A stretch of DNA of 63,991 nucleotides, filler included, from an uncultured bacterium (lineage in GTDB: Bacteria > CAYJRR01), in NCBI GenBank assembly GCA_964372275.1. It is 3 parts of 3 records of this genome, joined end to end, with 100 filler letters (N's around TTAATTAATTAA, not from the genome) between each part and the next. Parts side by side here need not be neighbours in the genome. Positions count along the whole stretch, not along the records: positions 1 to 29,259 come from CAYJRR010000057.1; 2 more parts are not named here. One strand, given 5' to 3'. Both the position numbers and the translations under genes were made by a program. A model generated the notes under the pieces. That model had not been told where the DNA came from and searched no databases. It worked only from the letters and a program-made list of their open reading frames with translations. Numbering within the stretch: position 1 is the stretch's first letter; every line of letters begins with the position of its first letter. This document shows positions 1 through 9,477 of the stretch, piece after piece.

Positions 1-854
<854 letters not shown>

Positions 855-864
855 AAGCGTCGCT

Positions 865-1045
865 GGTCGGCTCGCACCCGGCTCGGCTCGGCCCTTCCCT
901 ATTCCTTCCCTTCCGACTCCGGCTCCGACTCCCTTCCCTCCCGCGTACGGGGAAGGAAGTCGGAGCCGGAGCCGAAACGTGAGCGGAACGGATCGGAACG
1001 GAATCGGTGACCGATTCGGATCCGATCGGAACCGACCCGATCCGG
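865..1045. repeat. Low-complexity pentamer/hexamer repeats folding into two hairpins (REP-like element or terminator region)
   Basis: cttccgactccggctccgact...agtcggagccggagccgaa forms an imperfect inverted repeat (about 910-976), followed by cggaa/cggat units around gaatcggt-g-accgattc. Confidence 0.6.
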
Positions 1046-1064
1046 CTGCTGTAAACTGGGGGGC

Positions 1065-1769
1065 GTGCCTGGATCTCGCAAGAAAGCTCGCCACCGCGCC
1101 CGGGCCCCGTCCCCGCCTCCGGCGGAGCACCTCGCCAAGAGGGGGGCGGATCGAACGCCGCCGCGGCGGGTGGTCGACGAGTTCGCGCGGCAGCTGCTGA
1201 GGGTCTACCGGCTGGTCGGCGTGCGCGAGCAGTGGGTGATTTCCGAGGCGCAGGCGCGTGGACTGCCGGCGACCAACCTCGCCGAGCTCCGCGCCTGCCC
1301 GATCGAGAAGCGCGACGCACTCGCGACCACCTTCCTGAAGGCGGCGAAGATCTGGGCCACCTCCAACGGCGCTTCGCTCGGCGCGGCGGGGGTGGTCACG
1401 ATGGCGGCCGACGCCGCGGCGCTGGTCGCGGTGAACCTGCGGCTGGCGCAGAGCCTGTGCGTCGCCTACGGACTCCCGCTGGGGCCTCACCGCGTCGACG
1501 CCTGGGGGCTGCTGCTCTCCGCGCTCGGCGAAACGGTCGACCTGACCTCCCTGCGGCGCATGGCCCCGACCGACGCAGCGCCGGCGGCGGAGCGGCTGCT
1601 CGCCGAGACGGCGCGGGCCTTCGCGAAGCGGCTCGTCCGGCGCGGCGCCGCCGCCCGCGCCGTACCGATCCTCGGCGCGGTCGTGGGCGGGTTCTCGAAC
1701 TACGCCTACACCTCCGAGGTCGGCGCCCGCGCGCGCGAGTTCTACCGCGGCCTCGCCGCGTCCCCGTAA
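1065..1769 (+). CDS. EcsC-family protein
   Basis: GA-GVV-MAAD-AAL...NLRL...CVAYG pattern and C-terminal RAVPILGAVVGGFSNYAYTSEVG, typical of EcsC. Confidence 0.75.
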   Translation: MPGSRKKARHRARAPSPPPAEHLAKRGADRTPPRRVVDEFARQLLRVYRLVGVREQWVISEAQARGLPATNLAELRACPIEKRDALATTFLKAAKIWATSNGASLGAAGVVTMAADAAALVAVNLRLAQSLCVAYGLPLGPHRVDAWGLLLSALGETVDLTSLRRMAPTDAAPAAERLLAETARAFAKRLVRRGAAARAVPILGAVVGGFSNYAYTSEVGARAREFYRGLAASP

Positions 1770-1842
1770 GCGGGGCGACCGCGGCCCCGGGCTTGGGCGC
1801 GAGGATTTCGCCTCGACGGTTTCGACGGCGAAACCGGCTCGG

Positions 1843-1887
1843 CAAAGATAATTATATGTCATTTATATAAAATTATGTATCGTTATG
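1843..1887 (+). promoter_or_regulatory. Very AT-rich promoter/operator patch upstream of the RQC gene
   Basis: aaagataattatatgtcatttatataaaattatgtatcgtt lies in ~70% GC DNA and is an imperfect palindrome; the GGTTTCG-N4-CGAAACC inverted repeat precedes it (1818-1835). Confidence 0.55.
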
Positions 1888-1929
1888 GGGCTGCCCGGGT
1901 TGGGGGCGGCGTCCGAAGGAGGGAGGCCG

Positions 1930-2535
1930 GTGAGCGCGAAGATCCTTTCCTTGCCGTCACGGCGCGAGGTGACGCTCACCGACGAGGAGCGGGACCGCAT
2001 CCTCCTGGCCGCCGACGAGATGATCGCCCGCGGCGGGCCCGACCTCCTGGTGCAAGTCCTCGCCGGGATGCGCTCCGAGCAGGTGCTCGCCGGCGGATTC
2101 GAGGAGCTCCCCTCCTTCGCCCTCCTCCGCCGCTTCTCCCCGTGGGAGATCGAACGGAAGGTCGACGCGATGCTGGAAGAGGGATGGCTGCGCGTGGAGT
2201 GCTACGGGACGCGCCGCCTCCTCGTGCACTCCGACGCCGGATGGGAGCGGATCAAGCCGATCTGGGCGGAGAGGCTGGTGGCGACGCTCGAGGTCCGGGC
2301 CTCGGCTCGCGAGGCGCCGACCGACGTCTACGACGACGTCGGCCGGGTGCACCGCGAGGTGAAGCTCCTCGCCTTGGACCGGATCGAGCGCGATCGGAAG
2401 CGCCGACTCAAGCCGGTGCTCGAGTCCTGGCGCGAACGGGAAGGGCGCGGTATGAAGCGACGCATCGGCGAGGTCCTGGAGACCATCGACGAAGCGCCCG
2501 ACCGATGCGGATCTCGATCGTCATCCCCGCCCTGA
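1930..2535 (+). CDS. Stand-alone RQC (RecQ C-terminal winged-helix) domain protein, RQC-minor-like
   Basis: ILLAADEMIARGG-LLVQVLAG-S...PSFALL...IERKVDAMLEEGWL resembles the RQC domain. GTG start follows GGGAGG. Confidence 0.7.
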   Translation: MSAKILSLPSRREVTLTDEERDRILLAADEMIARGGPDLLVQVLAGMRSEQVLAGGFEELPSFALLRRFSPWEIERKVDAMLEEGWLRVECYGTRRLLVHSDAGWERIKPIWAERLVATLEVRASAREAPTDVYDDVGRVHREVKLLALDRIERDRKRRLKPVLESWREREGRGMKRRIGEVLETIDEAPDRCGSRSSSPP

Positions 2536-3203
2536 ACGAAGCGCGCGTGCTGGGGGACTCGCTGGCGGCGCTGCCTCGCGAGCCGGGGCTCGAGATCCTG
2601 GTCGCCGACGGCGGAAGCGCCGACGGCACCGCCGCGATTGCGGAGCGGCACGGGGCGAGGGTCGTCACCACCGCGCGCGGGCGCGGGCGGCAGATGAACG
2701 CGGGCGCCGCCTCCGCCACCGGCGAAACGCTCCTGTTCCTGCACGCCGACACGCGACTTCCGGCGGACGCCTACGACTGGGTCCGGCGGGTCCTGGACGA
2801 CGCGCGGATCGCCGGCGGCGCGTTCCATCTCTCGATCGCGGGGGAGGGTTGGTTCTACGCCTTCACCGCGCGCAACGCGAACCTGCGTTCCAAGTTCCTC
2901 GGCAGCCCGTACGGCGACCAGGCGTTCTTCGTGCGTCGGCGGCTGTTCGAGACGATCGGCGGGTTCCGCGACCTCCCCTACTGCGAGGACCTCGACCTGA
3001 TCCGGCGGCTCCGCCGCCACGGTCGCGTGGTGCTGGCGCCGGCCGCGGTGTCGACCTCCGCGCGTCGATGGGAGCAGCACGGGCGAACCTGGGTGACCGT
3101 TCGGAACGGGCTCCTCTTCTTCCGCTACTGGATGGGCCTGTTGAAAGAGACGGGCGAACGGCCGTTTCCCGGACGGAGCGGCCGCGGTACGATGGCGGGA
3201 TGA
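2505..3203 (+). CDS. Family 2 glycosyltransferase, TIGR04283-like
   Basis: ISIVIPALNEA, DGGSADGT, GRGRQMNAGA, FLHADT, YGDQAFF, EDLDL, STSARRW. Confidence 0.9.
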   Translation: MRISIVIPALNEARVLGDSLAALPREPGLEILVADGGSADGTAAIAERHGARVVTTARGRGRQMNAGAASATGETLLFLHADTRLPADAYDWVRRVLDDARIAGGAFHLSIAGEGWFYAFTARNANLRSKFLGSPYGDQAFFVRRRLFETIGGFRDLPYCEDLDLIRRLRRHGRVVLAPAAVSTSARRWEQHGRTWVTVRNGLLFFRYWMGLLKETGERPFPGRSGRGTMAG

Positions 3204-4435
3204 CCGCCGCCTGCCGCTGGATCCGACGTCGGGCCGCCACGGGTCTCCGGATCCTCGCCGCGTGCGCCACGCTCGGCGCCGTCCCGGCGCGCGCCGCCGA
3301 AGGCGAGGCGATCCTGCTCGTCTACGTCGAGGGGGCGGGCGCTCCGAAGCCGCTGGCCGCCCGGGTGGACGAGCGCCTGCGGGCGCTGCTCTCCGAGCGG
3401 GGCTTCACGGTGACCGGACCACCGGCCCCCACCGCGCCTCCGGTGCCGCCGCTGGACGACGCGAGGCGCGGGCTTGCCCGGGGGATCGACCTCTACCGGA
3501 CCCTCTCGCTCGACGCCGCCGTTCGCGCGCTCCTGGAAGCGGACGCGTTGGCGGTCTCGTCCCCCGATCCGGAGGCGGCGTCGATTGCGCGGCAGGCGCG
3601 TCTCTATCTCGGGATCGTCGCGCTCGCCACGGGGGACGTCGACGGCGCGCGCGCGCGCTTCCGGCAATCGGCGGTGCTCGATCCCGGCCGGCGACTCGAG
3701 ACGCGCAGCTTCTCCCCCGAGGTGGTCGACGCCTACGAGCAGGCGAGGCGCGCGGTCCTCGGCGGACCCGTCGGGGAGCTGAGGGTCGTCGTGACGCCGG
3801 GGGCGCAGGTTCACATCGACGGTTCCGCCGCCCGCAGCCTCCCCGCGGTCCTCCCGTACGGCGAACACCTGGTGCAGGCGACGACCGAGTCGGGTGACGC
3901 CGTCGAGCGGGTGGAGCTCGACGGCGCGACCCGCACCGTCGAGCTGGCGATGACGGCGAACCCCGCGAAGGCGCTCGCCAGTCTGCGCGCCGCCGTGCAG
4001 CGGGGAGATCCGGCCGGCTCGAACGCCGCCGGCGATGCCCTCGCCCGCCAGGCGGGAACCCCCCGATGGTTGGCGTGGGACCTGCGGCAGACCCGCGGCC
4101 GGATCGAAGCGCTGGTCAAGACCCGATCGATCCGTCCGCGCGGACCGTCACGCGCGACGATCGTCGACCTCGGCGCGTCCGCCTCGATCGACGCGCCCCT
4201 CCGACGCGCGGTCGAACGTTTGTTCGCGCCGCGCGTGGCGTCGCGCTCGACTCCGGAGAACGACGAGACGGCCATCCCCGCCGGCCGGCCCGCGGCGAAG
4301 TCCGGTGGCTCGCCGCGCCTGGGCCGGTGGATCTGGTGGGCGGCGGGCGGCGTGGCCGTGGTTGCCGCCGGTACCGCCGCGATCGCCAGCGCCCCTCCGC
4401 CCGACGACCGCGTCTCTGTCACGGTCGAGCACTAG
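3200..4435 (+). CDS. Exported TPR/PEGA-like protein with C-terminal membrane anchor
   Basis: Signal peptide (..VPARA), helical TPR-like region (ARLYLGIVALA...ARARFRQSAVLDP...FSPEV), PEGA-like TPGAQVHIDG...LPYGEH and C-terminal RWIWWAAGGVAVVAAG. ATG overlaps the upstream TGA. Confidence 0.65.
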   Translation: MTAACRWIRRRAATGLRILAACATLGAVPARAAEGEAILLVYVEGAGAPKPLAARVDERLRALLSERGFTVTGPPAPTAPPVPPLDDARRGLARGIDLYRTLSLDAAVRALLEADALAVSSPDPEAASIARQARLYLGIVALATGDVDGARARFRQSAVLDPGRRLETRSFSPEVVDAYEQARRAVLGGPVGELRVVVTPGAQVHIDGSAARSLPAVLPYGEHLVQATTESGDAVERVELDGATRTVELAMTANPAKALASLRAAVQRGDPAGSNAAGDALARQAGTPRWLAWDLRQTRGRIEALVKTRSIRPRGPSRATIVDLGASASIDAPLRRAVERLFAPRVASRSTPENDETAIPAGRPAAKSGGSPRLGRWIWWAAGGVAVVAAGTAAIASAPPPDDRVSVTVEH

Positions 4436-4443
4436 AGCTCCCG

Positions 4444-6618
4444 TCACTCGAAACGGACCAGGATCGGCTCTTCGTCGACGTTCGCGCGAACCTCGATCAC
4501 GCGTGTCTCCGACCGCTTCAACTCCGGGTTGCTCACCACGATGGTGTGACGGCCGGCCTTGAGGCGATGGGACAGGAGCGGCGTGTTCTTCACCTTCACG
4601 CCGTCGACGTGCACCACCCCCCACGGGGACGCGTTCACCGAGATCGTCCCGAACGCCTCCACCGGGCGGGTGGCGCTCGCGGGGCGGACCGCGGAGGCGG
4701 GGGTGACGGCCGGACGCGCGGCGCTCGGGCGCTCGGCAACCGCGACCGATCGCGGACGCGACGCTCCCGCCGTCTCCGGCGGCGGCACGGGGGGGACACG
4801 CGGCGGCGCGCCGGGATCGACGGCGGGCGCGAGCGGACGGGCTGGCGGTTCCGGCTCGGCCGCCGCGACGGCGGCGCGGTCGGCCGCCGACGGCTCCGCC
4901 GTCGCGGCCGTCAGACGCGGCGACGTCGCCATCGGCCTCCCGGGGGGCCCCTTGCGGTTCGCGGTGCGGCTCGCGCCGTCCTGCGGGGTCCGCTTCGGCA
5001 GCAACGCCCCCGAGGCGACGTACGCCAGGACGGCCGCCGCGGCGAGCGCGAGGACCGGCACGAGACCGGCGAGCCCGCCACCCGCGGGCGACGCACGCGG
5101 TTCGGCGCCGCCCCGGGGCGCCGGCCCGCGCGGATCGGAGGCGCCGCGCGCCGGCTTCGCCGGCCCCGCCTCACGCGGGCGAAGTGTCGGCGCTTCGACG
5201 GCGCCCGACTCCCGCGGACGGGTGGCCGGAACGGCGGCCTCGACCGGTGCGGCATCGGCCGCGCCCGGCTCCTTCGACCGCGCGGTCGCCGTCGCTACCT
5301 CTGCCGACCCCGCCGGCAGGTCCGGCGCGCGGAGTGGCACCGGCGTGGTCGCCGTCACCGCCGCCGCGAGGTCGGGCGGCGACGAGGCGGGGTCCCCCAC
5401 TCCGCGCGTCGGGCGCTTCGTCGCGCGCGTCCGGTCGTCGCCGAAGGGACCCTCCGCTTCGAGCGTCACCTCCCCCGACTTGGTCTCGGTCGGCTTTTCA
5501 TCCGGAGACCGAAGGAAGACCTTTCCGGTCGGCGCGTCGGCCTGCATCGACGGGATCGCGACCGTCGCCTGGGACGTCGCCAGGTCGCGGACCGCCGGGC
5601 TCTGCGCGAACGAGACCTCCCGCCGCGGCTTCGGGGACGGCGGGGGCTGGGTCGGTTCGAACCCTTTCGGATCGGGGGTTCTCTCGGTGTGCCGCGTCCG
5701 GGGGAAGAGGGATCGCATCAGGCCGGACAGCGTCTCCTCGCCCGGCGCGACCGCGCGCGAGAAGAGCCACCGCGACAGGTCGACCTGGAACTGCGCGGCG
5801 TCGGCGTAGCGCTGGCCCGCCTCCTTGGCCAGCGCCTTCATCACGATCCGCTCGAGCTCCGGCGGGACGTCGGGATTGAGAGACCGTGGCGAAGCCGAGA
5901 CGCCGGCGCGCACGCGCCGGAGCAGCTCCAGATCGTTCTCCCCCTCGAACAGGTTCCGGCCGGTGAGCGTCTCGTAGAGGACGATCCCGGCGGCGTAGAC
6001 GTCGGTCCGCGCGTCGATCTCGCCGCCGAACGCCTGCTCGGGGCTCATGTAGCCGAACTTCCCCTTGAGCGTGCCGACCCGCGTCGCCGACAGCTTGCTG
6101 GCCGCCTTGGCGATGCCGAAGTCGACGATCTTTACCTCGCCGTCGAAGCTGACCATGACGTTCTGCGGACTGATGTCGCGGTGGACGATCCCGAGCGGCT
6201 TCCCGTCCGGCCCCTGCTTCTTGTGCGCGTAGTCGAGCCCCTTGCACAGCTCGATCACGATCGAAACCATCAGGTGGATCGGCAAGGGACGGCGCTGCTT
6301 CGACGCCTCCTCGAGGATCGTTTCCAGGTTCTCCCCGTCGACGAACTCCATCGCGATGTAGAAGCAGTGGTCGATCTCGCCGAGCTCGTAGATCGGGACG
6401 ATGTTGCCGTGCGTGAGCGACACGGCGATGTTCGCCTCGTCGATGAACATCTTCACGAACTCGCCGTCCCCCGCGTACTCGGGGAGGATCTTCTTGACCA
6501 CCAGGGTCTTCTGGAACCCGTGGATCCCGAAAACCTTGGCCTTGTAGATCTCGGCCATCCCGCCGATGGCGAGCTTCTCGTAGAGGTAGTACTTCCCGAA
6601 GGTGGTCGGGGTGAACAC
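4444..6618 (-). CDS. Hanks-type Ser/Thr protein kinase with TM helix and C-terminal PEGA domain
   Basis: LAIGGMAEIY, VVKKILP, HRDISPQN, DFGIAK, GKFGYMSPEQ; Pro/Ala linker; TM; ASPWGVVHVDG..NTPL...GRH. Confidence 0.95.
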   Translation of the reverse strand: MFTPTTFGKYYLYEKLAIGGMAEIYKAKVFGIHGFQKTLVVKKILPEYAGDGEFVKMFIDEANIAVSLTHGNIVPIYELGEIDHCFYIAMEFVDGENLETILEEASKQRRPLPIHLMVSIVIELCKGLDYAHKKQGPDGKPLGIVHRDISPQNVMVSFDGEVKIVDFGIAKAASKLSATRVGTLKGKFGYMSPEQAFGGEIDARTDVYAAGIVLYETLTGRNLFEGENDLELLRRVRAGVSASPRSLNPDVPPELERIVMKALAKEAGQRYADAAQFQVDLSRWLFSRAVAPGEETLSGLMRSLFPRTRHTERTPDPKGFEPTQPPPSPKPRREVSFAQSPAVRDLATSQATVAIPSMQADAPTGKVFLRSPDEKPTETKSGEVTLEAEGPFGDDRTRATKRPTRGVGDPASSPPDLAAAVTATTPVPLRAPDLPAGSAEVATATARSKEPGAADAAPVEAAVPATRPRESGAVEAPTLRPREAGPAKPARGASDPRGPAPRGGAEPRASPAGGGLAGLVPVLALAAAAVLAYVASGALLPKRTPQDGASRTANRKGPPGRPMATSPRLTAATAEPSAADRAAVAAAEPEPPARPLAPAVDPGAPPRVPPVPPPETAGASRPRSVAVAERPSAARPAVTPASAVRPASATRPVEAFGTISVNASPWGVVHVDGVKVKNTPLLSHRLKAGRHTIVVSNPELKRSETRVIEVRANVDEEPILVRFE

Positions 6619-6634
6619 GGGGACCTCGTCGATT

Positions 6635-7765
6635 CTACCCCCGGCCCGCGCCGGCCTCGATCAGATGGCACGCCGTGGCCTTGATGACCGCCTCCACGGC
6701 CGTTCCCTCCGACAAACCCAGCTCCTCGACCGCGGCCCGCGTCACCGTGGCGATCAGCGGAATCCCGGCGTCCAGGTCGATCTCCACCCGACCCTCCCGC
6801 GGTCGAACCGACCGGACCCGCGCCGGCAAGACGTTGCGGGCGCTGTGGCTCTCGCCGGCAGGCGCCCGACGCACGTCGATCCTCTCCGGCCCGATCGCGA
6901 TCCAGACGGCGCGGCCGACCGCCGGCCGATCGGCGGCGGCGGCGGTGAGGCGCGCCGGCCCCAGGTCGACGACGACGCCGTCGGCGGTGCGCGCGGCCAC
7001 GGTGCCGCGGAGCACGTTCTCCAGCCCGAGGAAGGCGGCCATGGCCGGCGTCCGGGGCGCGGCGAGCACCGCCTCCGGCGCCCCCTCCTGCGCGATCTCT
7101 CCGTCCCAGACGAGGGCCCAGCGCTCCCCCAGCCGCAGCGCCTCGTCACGGGACTGGGTGACGACCACCAGCGTCGCGCCCGCGCCGCGCAGGCCTGCGA
7201 CGTCGGCGAGAAGCCTCTCGCGCGTCGGCGGATCGAGGGCGGCGAACGGCTCGTCGAGGAGGAGCGCGTCGGGCTCGGTGACCATCGCGCGCGCCAGCGC
7301 CACCCGCCGCGCCTCCCCTCCCGAGACCGCCGCCGCCGGACGGCCGGCGAGCCCGCCGACGCCCATGCGCTCCAGCGCCGCCTGCGCCCGGCGATGCCGC
7401 TCGGCGGAAGCGACGCCGCGCAGCGTGAGCGGCAGCGCGACGTTTTCCCGCACCGTGCCGGCCAGCATCGGCGCGTCCTGCGGTACCAGCGCCACCCGCC
7501 GGCGCGCCGCGAGCCGGTCGGCCGCCTCCCCCCCGATGGTGGCCGAACCGGCGGCGGGACGCTCGATCCCGGCCAGGATCGAGAGCAAGGTGCTCTTGCC
7601 GGCGCCGTTCGGACCCAGCACCGCCAGCGCTTCGCCCGCCGGAACGGACAACGAAGGAATTCGTAGAACGAGTCGCCCACCGCGGCGAACCTCCACGCCG
7701 CCGAGCGCGAGCGCCGTTCCTCCCGCGGGGGGGCGGGCGCCGGACGTCGGACGGTTCACGCTCAC
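6635..7765 (-). CDS. tupC: Tungstate ABC transporter ATP-binding protein with TOBE domains
   Basis: GPNGAGKST, VSGGE, LLLDEPF, SARNVL...IKATA TOBE motif; GTG overlaps the tupB stop. Confidence 0.85.
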   Translation of the reverse strand: MSVNRPTSGARPPAGGTALALGGVEVRRGGRLVLRIPSLSVPAGEALAVLGPNGAGKSTLLSILAGIERPAAGSATIGGEAADRLAARRRVALVPQDAPMLAGTVRENVALPLTLRGVASAERHRRAQAALERMGVGGLAGRPAAAVSGGEARRVALARAMVTEPDALLLDEPFAALDPPTRERLLADVAGLRGAGATLVVVTQSRDEALRLGERWALVWDGEIAQEGAPEAVLAAPRTPAMAAFLGLENVLRGTVAARTADGVVVDLGPARLTAAAADRPAVGRAVWIAIGPERIDVRRAPAGESHSARNVLPARVRSVRPREGRVEIDLDAGIPLIATVTRAAVEELGLSEGTAVEAVIKATACHLIEAGAGRG

Positions 7766-8457
7766 CGGCGCGTCCTCGGCTGGAGGACGGTGAGCGAGAC
7801 GTTCACCAGGAAGGCGATCGCCAGAAGGATGGCGCCGAGCCCGATCGCGCGGTCGAAACGCCCCATGCGCGCCTCGGTGATCGTCGCCGTGGTGAGCACG
7901 CGGGTCGATCCGGAGAGGTTTCCGCCCAGCATCATCGCCGCGCCGACCTCCGCCACCGCCGCCCCGAACCCGGCCATGCAGGCGGCGAGCACCCCGCGCC
8001 GGGCCTCCCCCGCGAGAAGGCGCGCCGCCTGGACCGGCGTCGCCCCCAGCGCCTCGACCTGCAACCGGACGCGCGGGTCGATCGACTGCACCGCGGCCGC
8101 CGTCAGGCCGGCGATCACCGGGAAGGCGATGATCGCCTGCCCGATCAGCACCGCCGTCGGCGTGTAGAGGAGCCGCAGCCCCCCGAGCGGCCCTTCGCGC
8201 CACAAGAGGACGGTGAGCACCAGACCGACCAGCACCGTCGGCAGCCCCATCCCGGTGAAGAGGAGCGCCAGGACGAACCGACGTCCGGGGACGCGCCCCA
8301 GCGCCACCAAGAGCCCCGCCGGAACCCCGAGGGCGACCGAGACCAGCGTCGCCCCGCCGGAGATCAGCACCGTCCGCGCCGCGATCCCCCACAGTTCCGG
8401 ATCGCCGCGCAGGAGGAGCGTCAGCGCCGCGAGGAGGCCATCGCGGATCAGTTCCAC
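7762..8457 (-). CDS. tupB: Tungstate ABC transporter permease
   Basis: GMGLPTVLVGL, GPLG...LLYTP, AGFGAAVAEVGAAMMLGGN..TRVLTT. Confidence 0.9.
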   Translation of the reverse strand: MELIRDGLLAALTLLLRGDPELWGIAARTVLISGGATLVSVALGVPAGLLVALGRVPGRRFVLALLFTGMGLPTVLVGLVLTVLLWREGPLGGLRLLYTPTAVLIGQAIIAFPVIAGLTAAAVQSIDPRVRLQVEALGATPVQAARLLAGEARRGVLAACMAGFGAAVAEVGAAMMLGGNLSGSTRVLTTATITEARMGRFDRAIGLGAILLAIAFLVNVSLTVLQPRTRR

Positions 8458-9338
8458 GCTGCCGCCCTCGGCGTGAACAACCCCGACGAGGAGATCACCG
8501 CCGCTGCCGCCGGGCCGAGGAGCCATTCGCGCAGCGCCGCCGCGCCCCCCGCCGACTCCGCCCGATGCCGCTCGGGGTTGGCCCGCATCACGTGGTAGTC
8601 GTTCACGAGCATCGCGGCGGACGGCCCGCTTCGCCCATCGATCAACGGCACGAGAACGCGCAGGCGCATGCGCGAAACGGTCGCGGCGTCGGCGAGTACG
8701 TACGCCCCACGTTCGTCCGCGATCAGCAGCGTCTGCCCCTGCCCGAGGCCGGTCTCGGTGTACCGCGCGGCCCTCGCCACCGGCGAGCGCTCGTCGGGTC
8801 CCAGATCGACTCGTTGGGCGAGCGACCAGATCTGGCGCTCCTTCATGTGCGTCCCCGACCGATCGCCACGCGAGACGAACGGTTCGCCGGTCTCGTTGAT
8901 CCGCCGGAACGCCTCCACGACGTCGCCGCCGGCCTCGCGGACCTTGGCCGGATCTTCGTACGGACCCAACAGGACGAACCGGTTCCACATCAGGGGCGTG
9001 CGCTCGATCAGGTGCCCCGTCAAGACGGAGTGCCATTCGGCCGCCGGGGAGTGCGCCACCACCACGTCGGCCTCCCCCTTCTCCGCGAGAAGCAGCGCCT
9101 CGCCGCTGCCGGCGGCGATCGCGCGCACCGGCCGGCCGATCGCCGCCGACGCCGCCGGCACCAGCCGCTCCAGGAGCCCGGAGTCCTCGACCGAGGTGGT
9201 CGTCACCAGCGTCACCGGTCCCGACTCGGTCGGCGCCGCCTCGCGCCCGCGCCGGCATCCGGCGATCGCGAGCAGCCCGCCGACGGCCAGGAGGATGCGC
9301 AGGCGGGCGCGCGACGCACCCCCGAAGGCGAAGGGCAT
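8448..9338 (-). CDS. tupA: Tungstate ABC transporter substrate-binding lipoprotein (alternative GTG start at 9362)
   Basis: Lipobox LAIAGC; TTTS-EDSGLL tungstate signature; FVSRGDRSGTH; TG-GQGQTL. Confidence 0.9.
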   Translation of the reverse strand: MPFAFGGASRARLRILLAVGGLLAIAGCRRGREAAPTESGPVTLVTTTSVEDSGLLERLVPAASAAIGRPVRAIAAGSGEALLLAEKGEADVVVAHSPAAEWHSVLTGHLIERTPLMWNRFVLLGPYEDPAKVREAGGDVVEAFRRINETGEPFVSRGDRSGTHMKERQIWSLAQRVDLGPDERSPVARAARYTETGLGQGQTLLIADERGAYVLADAATVSRMRLRVLVPLIDGRSGPSAAMLVNDYHVMRANPERHRAESAGGAAALREWLLGPAAAAVISSSGLFTPRAAAWN

Positions 9339-9477
9339 CCGCCGCAGATGGGCCCGTCTCACGGCCTCGACGTAGCACTCCTCCCCGCCCCCGTCGAGTC
9401 GACGCCGAATCCGTCCGTCGCCGGTTGGCGGGCCGCCGGCGGTCGTGTAGGATCCGCCGCTTCTTTTGGGCTCCCGG

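Noticed and set aside
1818..1835. GGTTTCGACGGCGAAACC as a Geobacter-type LexA box
   Set aside because: The internal conserved positions do not match; kept only as an unassigned palindrome.
2505..3203. Arsenosugar biosynthesis cluster
   Set aside because: Only the glycosyltransferase is present; no ArsM or ArsS-like radical SAM partner is in the window.
9372..9398. TAGCACTC half of a CIRCE (HrcA) element
   Set aside because: The second half-site GAGTGCTAA is absent.
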